Sequence record: SRR2962707_4129
DNA: 34,742 nt
Reading direction: 5' to 3' (one strand)
Under the pieces are notes generated by a model. It worked only from the letters and a program-made list of their open reading frames with translations, did no database searches and had not been told where the DNA came from. Position 1 is the stretch's first letter, and every line of letters starts with the position of its first letter. The translations under genes were made by a program, and so were the position numbers. Below, one piece after another: positions 19,010 through 28,850 of the stretch.

Positions 19010-20188
19010 TTACTCCCAAAATGAAGGTTTATTAATACTTCCATGAACTCGGCAATCCCCACACTCTTCAGGTACCAACACAATCCCCGTACTATAGGAA
19101 GTACCTGGAATAAAATCCCCAATTGTAAACACATGGATCACTCTTCCATCCAATGAGAGATTGCCATTTAACAAATCAACGGTTCTCACAGTGTCAACCT
19201 GATTCTTGCAATACCCAAGGAACGTTTCAGGTAACAGGCCATCATCTTGCCAATTTCCTGCCTCAAAAAATTGAAAACTTTCAGAAACACCTGCCACTTC
19301 AAAATACCCAAGAACGGGCTCTGCCTGATCATTGGAATTCTGAATATTACCTACAAGGGTGCCTTTCTGACGATCAAAGAATGAACCTGCAGATTCATTG
19401 TTTTCTTCCAAATCTTTGTAATACTGATATGTGGAAGATGATATTCGATAGGGCCTTACTGTAAGTGAATAATTACCAATTAATTCAGGCTCTTCCTGAG
19501 ATATGTAGATAATGGGAAGCTCCTTCACCTGGCTGTTTATTTGTCCGCTTGATGTGGCTATCAATAGTCCTCTGGATTCCTCATGGATGTAACATGTTCT
19601 TACCGGAAATTCTCTTCGATCGATGCTAGAGGTAGCAAAATCAAATTCGAACAGGGATTCATATGGAACACGAATTTCAAAGTCCTCTTCGAATTCCACT
19701 CTGTAGTTATGAATGTCATCATCAAATCCATTAATATCTGCGAAAAAGCGGACACCTTCTTCAAATCCATCGCTTGTTTCGGATCTTAAAGATTGATAGG
19801 TGCCATAGACTTCTGCAACCTCACCCGGAGTAAGAAGCTCTTCCTCGGTAGATTGATAGTGCTTTCCTTCGGAGGTTTCGATGTTCAGTTGATACTTACG
19901 CCCAACAACGCCCACAAAAGGCGTAACCGGTTGGTAGATTCCTTCTATATCCTCCTGAAAAGTGAATGCATTACCCAGGTTGTCAGTTATTACGACACTG
20001 GCACCAGATACAAATTCTGATTGAATTCCATCCAGAGAAGTAGAATACTCCAATCGAACAAATTGCTTGCCGGGAATATTGGTTACAAGTGCATCAACTA
20101 CCAATACTTTCTTGGTATTCTTTACATCAATGCTGTAAGGTTCAATGCAAGAAGCGAAAAGGATCAATATGGTAAGATGCCTTCTCAA
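19010..20188 (-). CDS. DUF4249-family outer-membrane lipoprotein (copy 1)
   Basis: Lipobox FASC-IEP; TTG start overlapping the receptor TGA (TTGA); same conserved blocks. Confidence 0.85.
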   Translation of the reverse strand: MRRHLTILILFASCIEPYSIDVKNTKKVLVVDALVTNIPGKQFVRLEYSTSLDGIQSEFVSGASVVITDNLGNAFTFQEDIEGIYQPVTPFVGVVGRKYQLNIETSEGKHYQSTEEELLTPGEVAEVYGTYQSLRSETSDGFEEGVRFFADINGFDDDIHNYRVEFEEDFEIRVPYESLFEFDFATSSIDRREFPVRTCYIHEESRGLLIATSSGQINSQVKELPIIYISQEEPELIGNYSLTVRPYRISSSTYQYYKDLEENNESAGSFFDRQKGTLVGNIQNSNDQAEPVLGYFEVAGVSESFQFFEAGNWQDDGLLPETFLGYCKNQVDTVRTVDLLNGNLSLDGRVIHVFTIGDFIPGTSYSTGIVLVPEECGDCRVHGSINKPSFWE

Positions 20189-22932
20189 AATTTGAAATTG
20201 TAGGTAATGGTTGGTATAGGCGTTGGAAAGATGCTAAGCTGATATCCTTTGACCTCTTCATCTTCTACTTCGAAGAAGATGGAATAAATGTTGTCTCTAC
20301 CCAGCAAGTTGTAGATAGAGAACGTCCATGATGAGTGTGTGAACTTCTTCAGTTTAGGACTCACGTTGACATTGAAGCCAAGATCGACCCGGAAATAGTT
20401 TGGTATTCGGAACTCATTTCGATCTGAGTACAGTATATTCTCAGACGATTTGAAATTCCACTTTCCAACTGGGTAGGTAACTGGTATGCCACTGGAATAA
20501 ACGAGATTCAAGGTCATGGTCAATCGACGTGTAAACTTGTAGTTTGTCACCGAATTGAAATAGTGGGGTTTGTCATAGCCGGTAGGGAAGAAGACGCCAC
20601 CATTTACGGTCTCTGATGGACTTCCTCCATCAAGGCGCACAAATGACCTGGAATAGGTATAGTTTAACCATCCGCTAAGCCATCCGGTGGATTTGGATAG
20701 TGAGAATTCGACACCATAAGATTTGCCATCTCCTTGTAGCAGATCTGTCTCTATATTGGGGTTGAACTGAAGCTCTGCACCTGTCTTGAAATCAAGCAAA
20801 TTATTGATATCTTTATAGTAAGCCTCTACAGAAGCTTCAATCAAGTGCTCACCAAAGAAATTCTTGAAGTATCCAATAGATACCTGATCAGCAAGTTGTG
20901 GTTTGATGAATGGTCCCGAAAGTCGCCAAACATCGGTTGGAGCGATGGAAGCTGCATTGAGTAATAAGTGTATGTTTTGTCTTGTTCGTCCGTATCCAAT
21001 CTTCACCGAGCTTCCAGAACCCACAAGATATCTGCCTTGAATTCTAAACTCAGGTCCATGATTGCTGTGTATAGTTTCTCCCTTACTATATTCCTTGGTT
21101 CCAATTATGGATGATGATCGTTTTGGCTCACCTTCCTGATAGATATTGATCTCCGCAGGCCCATAGGAATTGAACAAGGAATACCTGACTCCTGCATCAA
21201 ACGCCAGCTTGTCATTCAGATGGTATGAAGCTGAAACATAGGGTGTCAATTCAAGTGCTTTCTCCTCATCGATGGTTTGCGCCTCTATTAATGAACTTGC
21301 ACCATTTGGTGTTTTCTTGCCAGGGCTTAGTGTATAGGCTTTTGATTCTATCCCGAATTTGTAATTAAGGTTTTGGTTGACGAAGTAATCCAGTTTGACA
21401 GCAGTTCTAAACTCATTCACAAAGAGATCTACATTGAATGCTTGTGTTGGTAGCACGTCATAACTTGATCGATAGCTGAAATTACTATTTCCAACTTCTA
21501 GTATTCCGAATAGGTTGTCGCTAAAAATGTGTTTCCAACTCGCTCCAAGTATTTTGTTGTTATATGAAAAATCACTGAAGGATAACAAGGTGTCTGACTG
21601 CACCTTGAATGCGTCATAGCTATAATAGGCAGTTACAGAAACCTCATCCGTATCACTGAGTTTTGTGTGCGTTTTGAGTGTAAAATCATAAAAAGAGACT
21701 TCATTATTGCCGATAGATGAATCTTTGAATTTGTTCAAAATATATTGGGAATAGGTACCTCTTCCATTAAGCATGAAGCTGGTTTTAGCATCTTTAATAG
21801 GTCCTTCAACCTGAATCTGTGAGGTAACCAGGCCCAGCCCTCCATTTACCTCAAGCTCTTCCTCATTTGGTTGTTTTGACTTTATATCAAAAACCGATGA
21901 CAGCCTGCCACCATATTCGGCAGGGATTCCGTTTTTATAAAGCGCTAGTTCACCGACACCCCTTGAATTGAATGCGGAGAAGAATCCGAAGAAATGGTTT
22001 GTTGTGAAGACGGTGTTATTATCTATCAGAAATAGGTTCTGATCCGCTTTGCCTCCACGAATATTTATACCTGCCGAACCTTCGCCAACGTTTTGTACTC
22101 CAGCGGTTGAAGTGGCAACCCTGATTATGTCTTTTTCTCCTAAGAAAGCAGGTAGGATGGCAACTTTCTTTGGATCGATTGAAGTCAATCCCATTTGGGT
22201 AGAGTTGATGTTCTTCTCTCTTTGAGCACTAACTACTACCTCTTCCAAAGCCACAACATCAACATCCAGTTTTACTTCCAACTCCCCATCAGAGTAAAGG
22301 TTGATTTTGCGCCGTGTGTCTATGGTTGTTACAGATTGAAAATTCAATTCATTGATACCACTTGGAAGCGTGATGGAAAATCTCCCTTGCTCATCAGTGA
22401 TGGCACTTACAAACGGTTCCACACTAAAAATGTACACTCCATCCACAGGACCACTTTCGGAAACAACTCGTCCGGTAATGGTGCTGTTGCTTCCTTTCAC
22501 GAAGCGTTTGATATTGCCTATGACGAATAGCCGGTTCTCATCATTACTGTTAGATTCATTGCGAAACAATACTTCTTCCAGATAATTGGTGGGGTCATCA
22601 TCTGTCACATTTCTTTTTTGTACTTGTGGAACAACCACTGTGGTATTGTAGAGAAGTATGACTCGATTACCGTCTTTAAAGTAGTTGAGTTTGGTATCTT
22701 CAAGCAGTAAGTTAAGTGCCTCTTCATCTGGTAATTCCAGCTTAACCTTATTCTTATGAATATTGATTCCATCAACCCACTCAGAACGGAAGAAGAAGTC
22801 CAGGTTTTTAGTTGATGATTCAAATGCTTTAATAGCTTCCGAAAGAGGAATACTATCGTTTGTTATCTGTACTTCCTGTGCCTCGACAGAAAGAAGAGCA
22901 ATGACTAATAGAATGCTTAGTATATATCTCAT
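20185..22932 (-). CDS. TonB-dependent outer-membrane transporter with N-terminal extension and CarboxypepD_reg-like domain
   Basis: Signal peptide; TDEQGRFSI; LEEVVV TonB box; plug NIRGGKADQNLFLID, YGGRLSSV; barrel ending PTITYNFKF. Confidence 0.93.
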   Translation of the reverse strand: MRYILSILLVIALLSVEAQEVQITNDSIPLSEAIKAFESSTKNLDFFFRSEWVDGINIHKNKVKLELPDEEALNLLLEDTKLNYFKDGNRVILLYNTTVVVPQVQKRNVTDDDPTNYLEEVLFRNESNSNDENRLFVIGNIKRFVKGSNSTITGRVVSESGPVDGVYIFSVEPFVSAITDEQGRFSITLPSGINELNFQSVTTIDTRRKINLYSDGELEVKLDVDVVALEEVVVSAQREKNINSTQMGLTSIDPKKVAILPAFLGEKDIIRVATSTAGVQNVGEGSAGINIRGGKADQNLFLIDNNTVFTTNHFFGFFSAFNSRGVGELALYKNGIPAEYGGRLSSVFDIKSKQPNEEELEVNGGLGLVTSQIQVEGPIKDAKTSFMLNGRGTYSQYILNKFKDSSIGNNEVSFYDFTLKTHTKLSDTDEVSVTAYYSYDAFKVQSDTLLSFSDFSYNNKILGASWKHIFSDNLFGILEVGNSNFSYRSSYDVLPTQAFNVDLFVNEFRTAVKLDYFVNQNLNYKFGIESKAYTLSPGKKTPNGASSLIEAQTIDEEKALELTPYVSASYHLNDKLAFDAGVRYSLFNSYGPAEINIYQEGEPKRSSSIIGTKEYSKGETIHSNHGPEFRIQGRYLVGSGSSVKIGYGRTRQNIHLLLNAASIAPTDVWRLSGPFIKPQLADQVSIGYFKNFFGEHLIEASVEAYYKDINNLLDFKTGAELQFNPNIETDLLQGDGKSYGVEFSLSKSTGWLSGWLNYTYSRSFVRLDGGSPSETVNGGVFFPTGYDKPHYFNSVTNYKFTRRLTMTLNLVYSSGIPVTYPVGKWNFKSSENILYSDRNEFRIPNYFRVDLGFNVNVSPKLKKFTHSSWTFSIYNLLGRDNIYSIFFEVEDEEVKGYQLSIFPTPIPTITYNFKF

Positions 22933-23645
22933 CTCAAAATCGATTCACAATATGCAATGACAGCTACGAGAAGCACTTCAGGGTCCCGCCTGGCTGAAAA
23001 ATTATCTTTCACAAACTTTTTAATTTCCTTTTTCCGGTCAGGAAACAATTCATTCAGTGATGCAGGTCTTTTGTATTCGATGGTTTGGTCCTGGTATTTT
23101 ACATAATATTCCCTCTTTTCATCAAATTCGTATCCGGTTTGGCCCATGGTACCTGATTTGATCTCTTTGGAGTAGCAAGCGAGATGCTTACCCTTGACGA
23201 TCTTTCTGTAGAATCCTTCTTCTCCAATTTTTGCATGTTTGAAGTTCAGAAACTTCTGATTGTGGATAGTAAAAGAATCTACTTTAGCTTGATTGATCAG
23301 CAATGACTTTTCCCCATTCAAGCTCATTTCCCAACTCCAGATAAGGAGCAGATCTTCAGAGGTATTGTAAATGATATTCATTTTGGAGTAAATCCTTCCT
23401 TCGAAAGACAATTCTCCATTTCGATCCCATCCTCCTTTGTAGAACGGTGTTTGACCGGGGCTTATGATTTGCTCTGTGTTTTGATAGTAATGAGTTCCTT
23501 TCATGAGCGGTGTTTCAATCTCGCTCGCTGTAGAATTGTACCATTCGTCCAGATTTCCATCCAGTTGCGGCAGTTGATCAAATTCCTGCGACTGCACAAG
23601 ACCAAAAAAGCAATTTAGAATTAATAGAAGGCTAGGTTTTTTCAA
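22929..23645 (-). CDS. Exported hypothetical protein, first gene of the transporter operon
   Basis: TTG start, signal peptide, 4-nt overlap with the receptor start; FPDRKKEIKKF C-terminal helix. Confidence 0.75.
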   Translation of the reverse strand: MKKPSLLLILNCFFGLVQSQEFDQLPQLDGNLDEWYNSTASEIETPLMKGTHYYQNTEQIISPGQTPFYKGGWDRNGELSFEGRIYSKMNIIYNTSEDLLLIWSWEMSLNGEKSLLINQAKVDSFTIHNQKFLNFKHAKIGEEGFYRKIVKGKHLACYSKEIKSGTMGQTGYEFDEKREYYVKYQDQTIEYKRPASLNELFPDRKKEIKKFVKDNFSARRDPEVLLVAVIAYCESILR

Positions 23646-23689
23646 TTAATTGATGATCTATGGTTGTTGTAATCAAGTTTGCTAATTAG

Positions 23690-23697
23690 CGAAACTA
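23690..23697 (-). promoter_or_regulatory. Putative -7 promoter element (TAGTTTCG) of the transporter operon
   Basis: Minus strand TAGTTTCGC about 45 nt upstream of 23645. Confidence 0.45.
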
Positions 23698-24000
23698 CAC
23701 GCTAAGACCTATTTACACTTGTAAAAAAGCAAGGCAGTATGAGCTTAGCATTCGTTCACTGAGTCTATATCGACTTCAGAGACCGAAAGTAGTGACTACT
23801 TTATAACAATTACTGCCAGTTAAAAACCTATTGCGCCGATTAAAAAAGATCATATTAATTCGCGTGTATTGACCAATGGGATGAGTTTCTAAGCGGGGAA
23901 TTGGTGGTAGTAGATAATCAGTAGAGCAGGGGAGAAGTATCGATATAACCATCAAATACCATTTAGTTAGTTACCTTTATTCCAAACATTAACAAAGTAT

Positions 24001-24642
24001 ATGACGGAGCAATCAAATAATGGCGGAAGAACTGTCATGATCATCGTAATCATCGTAGTGGTGTTGATCGGATCTTTAGGTGGCTGGTACTTTTTCAGTT
24101 ACAAACCGGAACAGGAGGCCATGGAGCAGGCACGGTTGGCGCAAATTGCCCAGGCTCAGGAGGAGCAAAAAAGAAAAGAACAAGCTGCAGAGAAGAAGAA
24201 CAAATATGATCAGTTGATTGTAAACGCGGATGCCGCGTTTGAGCAGGAGATCTGGAGAACCGCTCAATCACTCTATTCGGAAGCATCATCATTATTTCCT
24301 AATGAACAATATCCGAAGGATCAATTAGGCATTGTGAATGCCAGGCTGGATGAGATAGCAGAGCGAGAGGCTCGAAAGGCCGCCGGAGTGGTTGAATCGC
24401 TTACAACACCCACTAACCGCTATTATGTCATTATTTCCAGCAGCATCGATGGTGATCTGGCGATGGACTATGCCAGCAAGTTGGCGAAGGAGGGAACCAG
24501 CGTTCAAATCATTGAGCATACAGTTAATAAGTTACCCTTCTTTGGAGTATCCGTAGCAGATTACGCTACCTGGGATGAGGCAATGAATGCCGTACCTTCA
24601 TATAGTAACTATGGTGAGGGTGTGTGGGTGTTGAAGTTTTGA
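24001..24642 (+). CDS. Membrane-anchored coiled-coil/TPR-like protein with C-terminal SPOR-like domain
   Basis: N-terminal TM helix, EQ-rich coiled coil, TPR-like helix pair, RYYVIISS...AMDYASKL...VWVLKF. Confidence 0.7.
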   Translation: MTEQSNNGGRTVMIIVIIVVVLIGSLGGWYFFSYKPEQEAMEQARLAQIAQAQEEQKRKEQAAEKKNKYDQLIVNADAAFEQEIWRTAQSLYSEASSLFPNEQYPKDQLGIVNARLDEIAEREARKAAGVVESLTTPTNRYYVIISSSIDGDLAMDYASKLAKEGTSVQIIEHTVNKLPFFGVSVADYATWDEAMNAVPSYSNYGEGVWVLKF

Positions 24643-24799
24643 GATGACGATCATACTATCGTTTCGAAAGACAGTCTAGTAGTAGTTAAGACCGATACAA
24701 ATGTTTAAGCATATTCCAAATTTCATTTTACAAATAATGGATTGGATGATTGATTGCTGATCTTCTAACTTTTCATGGATTCTTTATATGAGCTAAAAA

Positions 24800-24819
24800 A
24801 ATACCTAAAATTAGGTATT
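24800..24819. promoter_or_regulatory. 7-2-7 palindromic operator copy 1 (AATACCTAA-AA-TTAGGTATT)
   Basis: Perfect 9-bp inverted repeat 52 nt upstream of the S8 ATG; recurs at 29679-29698. Confidence 0.8.
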
Positions 24820-24871
24820 GATCTAGTTAATAGATATACGATTATTGTACGGAATTATTTGGGTTCTGGTC

Positions 24872-26329
24872 ATGAATCTTGTTAAAGTAACAGTAACATT
24901 TAACGAACTTACAAAGCAGAAAGAAGGACTCAAAAATAGCCTTCTTGAATTATTCATTCCGAAGGAGCGCGACAAGCATCACACTATCAAAATTTTTCAT
25001 CGTTACGGTTTCTGTGTTACTTCTGAAAGTGAACTAACAATGACTTTTGAGGGACCAAAAGAAGGGTTTGAGACCCTTTTTGGAACAAAGTTGACAACAT
25101 TCAGAATGCCAAATTCGGATACTGCTTCTGAGCCATTATTCTGGTATCCTAAGGATGGTGAAGTATGGAATTATAATCATGAATTGAAGGGTGTAATAGA
25201 TGAGGCTTATATTCAACAACCTCATTATTATACATTTGATTCAGTCTCTTTTCCTGAAGTCTTGTATCATCATTTGCGTGTACCCAATGACGTAGCAAGG
25301 GTTCTGGGTGCCTCAAAGGTTCATGCTTTAGGCATTAATGGACAGAATGTAAAAGTGGCAATGTTGGATAGCGGTTTTTATTTCAATCACGATTACTTCA
25401 AAGAAAAGAATTATTCGACTTCAGTTATTTTAGGACCTGGAGCAAGAGATTGTGAACACGATTTTCATGGTCATGGAACAGCCATGGCAGCCAACTTACT
25501 GGCAATAGCACCGGGTGTAACTTTTACTGGGATCAAAATGGGAATTGAGCCTGATCCTGATTCGGGTTTAGCCGCAGGAAACAGTGGCACCAAAATGATT
25601 GAAGCATTTCAACTGGCGCTATTGTCTGAACCAGATATCATTTCAATGAGTCTGGCCTACGATTTAGTAACTTCGATAGCAGGGAGACAACATAGAAAGA
25701 AATTACCCAATGGATGCAAAGGTCTGGAAGCTTTAATGCTGAGGGCAATTCAAAAAGGCATTACAATTGTTTGTGCAGCGGGAAATGGCCATGTGGGTTT
25801 TCCAGGAATGATGGATGAGGTAATTTCTGTTGGAGGTGTTTATGAAGATAGTACGGGATCTCAGCAAGCATCTGATTTTACGAGTGCCTTCACTAGCAGA
25901 GTCTATTCAAATCGTCATGTGCCAGATATATGCGGATTATCAGGACTAATTGATAATAACGATCCAAATGATCAAAAACCGATGGTCGGTGGACTCATGA
26001 TGGTGCCTGTACAGCCCAAAAGTAAATTGGATAAAGATACAAGGGATGATACTCCAGGAAACGATGGATGGTCAATGATAGGAGGGTCTTCTTCTGCCAC
26101 TGCTCAAGTTGCTGGAGTATGCGCACTCATGTTACAGAGAAATCCGTTATTAAAACCTTCGGAGATTAAGAAAATTCTTCAGAAAACATCAAGGAATATC
26201 GTGAGAGGTAAGTCCAATAAGGAAAGTAATGAATACAAAGTCCTAGAAGCTACAGAAGAACAACCAGACCTTGCTGTTGGTTATGGTCTTGTTGATGCTT
26301 TTAAGGCATGCAAGTCAATAGAGACTTAA
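24872..26329 (+). CDS. S8 family (subtilisin-like) serine protease with N-terminal prodomain
   Basis: Asp VAMLDSG, His HGHGTAMA, oxyanion CAAGNG, Ser GGSSSATAQVAGVCALM, VGYGLVDA; ATG 24872 preferred over TTG 24845; no clear signal peptide. Confidence 0.9.
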   Translation: MNLVKVTVTFNELTKQKEGLKNSLLELFIPKERDKHHTIKIFHRYGFCVTSESELTMTFEGPKEGFETLFGTKLTTFRMPNSDTASEPLFWYPKDGEVWNYNHELKGVIDEAYIQQPHYYTFDSVSFPEVLYHHLRVPNDVARVLGASKVHALGINGQNVKVAMLDSGFYFNHDYFKEKNYSTSVILGPGARDCEHDFHGHGTAMAANLLAIAPGVTFTGIKMGIEPDPDSGLAAGNSGTKMIEAFQLALLSEPDIISMSLAYDLVTSIAGRQHRKKLPNGCKGLEALMLRAIQKGITIVCAAGNGHVGFPGMMDEVISVGGVYEDSTGSQQASDFTSAFTSRVYSNRHVPDICGLSGLIDNNDPNDQKPMVGGLMMVPVQPKSKLDKDTRDDTPGNDGWSMIGGSSSATAQVAGVCALMLQRNPLLKPSEIKKILQKTSRNIVRGKSNKESNEYKVLEATEEQPDLAVGYGLVDAFKACKSIET

Positions 26330-26376
26330 TAGGATACCTCGAAAAGAAATTAATATGTCACCAAACAAATAATAGT

Positions 26377-26970
26377 ATGCCCAGAAAAACATGTATCCAA
26401 TACTTGAATTTAAGTGATAATGAAAATTATCAACAGATTTATGCTAGCCAGATTTATGGTACCTTTTTTACTGTCCAGGCAAGGTTCAATGTAGTAGATA
26501 AGGAGCCAGAAAAAGGAGACTTTTTTGTTGAAAGTATGGACTTCAAGGTTATCAATTATAAAGGCACTATGGATATAGGAATAGCGGCTATTGAAGGGCC
26601 GGGACAATTTAGAGAAGTTCTGGAAAACGATGCAATAAAAATGTTTCATCTTAAGATGAGAGCAATGTGTCCTGGTCAGCTATCTAATATTCCACAGGAT
26701 GAAATTGATGGATTTCCCGTAAATGAGTGGATAAACAAGGACGATTACGTCTATATTTCAAGAACACTCAAAATGCTTCACGATGATGAGGTAGCATTTG
26801 CTCATGGTATTTTTGATACCGAGTTCTATTACAGAGAAGGGTTAAAAGAAGATAATGATTATCAACAACGGATTCCACGACCTAAGCAAACGGCGTTAAC
26901 CACCAATGATCCACTATCATTCGTAAGCGGATGGGTATGTACAGAAAATATTGCAAGAGTTTTGAAATAA
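26377..26970 (+). CDS. Hypothetical protein between the protease and the kinase
   Basis: Open frame 26308-26970; likely start ATG 26377 (MPRKTC); no signal peptide or known motif. Confidence 0.7.
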   Translation: MPRKTCIQYLNLSDNENYQQIYASQIYGTFFTVQARFNVVDKEPEKGDFFVESMDFKVINYKGTMDIGIAAIEGPGQFREVLENDAIKMFHLKMRAMCPGQLSNIPQDEIDGFPVNEWINKDDYVYISRTLKMLHDDEVAFAHGIFDTEFYYREGLKEDNDYQQRIPRPKQTALTTNDPLSFVSGWVCTENIARVLK

Positions 26971-28844
26971 GTAGATTCATTATTTTGATTCTACTATTGA
27001 TATACTCACAACATTCATCAGGACAGTATGAGGATGTCAGAGAATCATTTTTCATGAATGTAAAGAACTTCAAATATCATGAGGCCATTGAGAATGCTGA
27101 TGAAGTTGATGATGTGGGGTGGAGATCTGCCCTAAACCTTCTTGGAAATACGCTTTACGAAGCTGGACAGAAAAAACCAGAAGATTTTGAAAATAGTACT
27201 AATGAAATAAAAAAGCTTGAGAGAGCCTTTAATCAAAATGGAGATGAACAGATTCTGATTAACCTTTTGTGGGCTTACCATTATTTCTATTTGGATCCTT
27301 ACACGGAAAAGCCGATTGATTTTTTCACACAAGCATATAAGATGGCAAAATCGAATGGCACTGAGGAGGAGATTAAGTTTTGCATCTACTCAATTTTAAA
27401 ACTTTATCACTGGGAATTGTATCAATCAAATGATGACATGCTGGAATACCTTGAATTGTATGAAAGCTATGTTGATGACGATGCAGACCAGTTTCATTTA
27501 AAAATGAGCTGGTTTTTGTATGAGTTGAGAGGAATTGATTTTGAAGTTAATCTAGGCGAAAACTATGTGAAAGACTTTAATGTCCTGATGAAGTCTTTTC
27601 CTGATGATCATCTTTTCTGGGTTGAGTTCAATATTATGCTCGCTATTTACAAGAAATATCTTGGCACAGTTAATAATAATGATATGCTATTGGATGAATC
27701 ATCTCAGTTATTACTTGCCACCCTAAACAAGGCAGGGAATGAGCCTCATCTTAGGTATTTGATGTTCAGAGCGTATACCCAACTTTCTGAAATAGCGTTA
27801 AGAACAAAAAAAATAACTAGTGCTAGAGCATATCTTAAAGAAGCTGAAAAATATATCTACTTGAATGATTCGGTAAGGGCATATTATCACCTGAACAGGT
27901 ATCTAGCGCCTATTCTATTTGAGTTGGGAAAACTTGACAGTGCATACTACGCTTTGCAAGAAGCCGAGGTACTTCGAAACAAACTGGGAGCACAAGTAAA
28001 TTCGCTCAGAATATCTCAATATCAATGGAAATTTCTAACCGACGAAAAAGAAAGACAAGTAGTACTTGAGAAAGAGGCAAAGATTCGAATTGTTGCAATT
28101 CTTCTTGTTTTGATTGTATTGGGCCTAATAATCAGCATACTAATCAATAGGAATGCCAAAAGAAAGGAACTACTGGCTATCAAAGACAAAGACATCCAAT
28201 CTCAGAAGGTCACTAGTCTTTTGAAGGACCAGGAACTTGTTTCAATAAACGCCATGATCGAAGGTCAGGAAAAAGAGCGTAAAAGAATTGCTGAAGATCT
28301 TCATGATCGCTTGGGCAGCACGTTATCAGCTGTGAAAATGCACTTGGAAGTAATGGCCGAAGATGATTCACGATATGAAAAAATCAATGCAATTGTCGAT
28401 AAAGCAGTCAATGATACGCGAGAAATAGCACACAACATGTTGTCCGGAGTGCTAACCAATTTCGGATTGATGGCTGCACTCCAGGATCTGAAGCTAACCA
28501 TCGAATCCGCCAATCACTTTAATTTGAACCTAAGCAGCATTCAATTTGATGAGCGACTGGATGCAGAAACAGAGCTACATATCTATAGAATAATTCAGGA
28601 ACTTATTAGCAATACCTTAAAACATGCCAATGCAACTGAGGTTAATTTGGAATTGAAGAGAATGAATAACCAAAGGACCTTCATTTCTTATACTGATAAT
28701 GGTACTGGTTTTGATCTTGATACAGCTGATAAAGGGATGGGTCTGATGAACATCAAAAGCAGAGTAGAAAAGATTAATGGAACTTGGAAAATTAGTTCTT
28801 CTCCATCTCATGGAGTTGAGGTAATAATAGAACTTGAAAACTAA
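26931..28844 (+). CDS. Sensor histidine kinase (HisKA_3 type) with large periplasmic helical/TPR-like domain
   Basis: N-terminal hydrophobic segment, about 350 aa helical region, TM IVAILLVLIVLGLIISILI, H box ERKRIAEDLHDRLG, YRIIQELISNTLKHA, DNGTGF, GMGL. Confidence 0.92.
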   Translation: MGMYRKYCKSFEISRFIILILLLIYSQHSSGQYEDVRESFFMNVKNFKYHEAIENADEVDDVGWRSALNLLGNTLYEAGQKKPEDFENSTNEIKKLERAFNQNGDEQILINLLWAYHYFYLDPYTEKPIDFFTQAYKMAKSNGTEEEIKFCIYSILKLYHWELYQSNDDMLEYLELYESYVDDDADQFHLKMSWFLYELRGIDFEVNLGENYVKDFNVLMKSFPDDHLFWVEFNIMLAIYKKYLGTVNNNDMLLDESSQLLLATLNKAGNEPHLRYLMFRAYTQLSEIALRTKKITSARAYLKEAEKYIYLNDSVRAYYHLNRYLAPILFELGKLDSAYYALQEAEVLRNKLGAQVNSLRISQYQWKFLTDEKERQVVLEKEAKIRIVAILLVLIVLGLIISILINRNAKRKELLAIKDKDIQSQKVTSLLKDQELVSINAMIEGQEKERKRIAEDLHDRLGSTLSAVKMHLEVMAEDDSRYEKINAIVDKAVNDTREIAHNMLSGVLTNFGLMAALQDLKLTIESANHFNLNLSSIQFDERLDAETELHIYRIIQELISNTLKHANATEVNLELKRMNNQRTFISYTDNGTGFDLDTADKGMGLMNIKSRVEKINGTWKISSSPSHGVEVIIELEN

Positions 28845-28850
28845 GGTAAC

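Noticed and set aside
15374-20188. Repeated DNA blocks as CRISPR, DGR or shufflon
   Set aside because: Repeats are conserved coding motifs of paralogues about 1.2 kb apart; no spacers, reverse transcriptase or recombinase in the window
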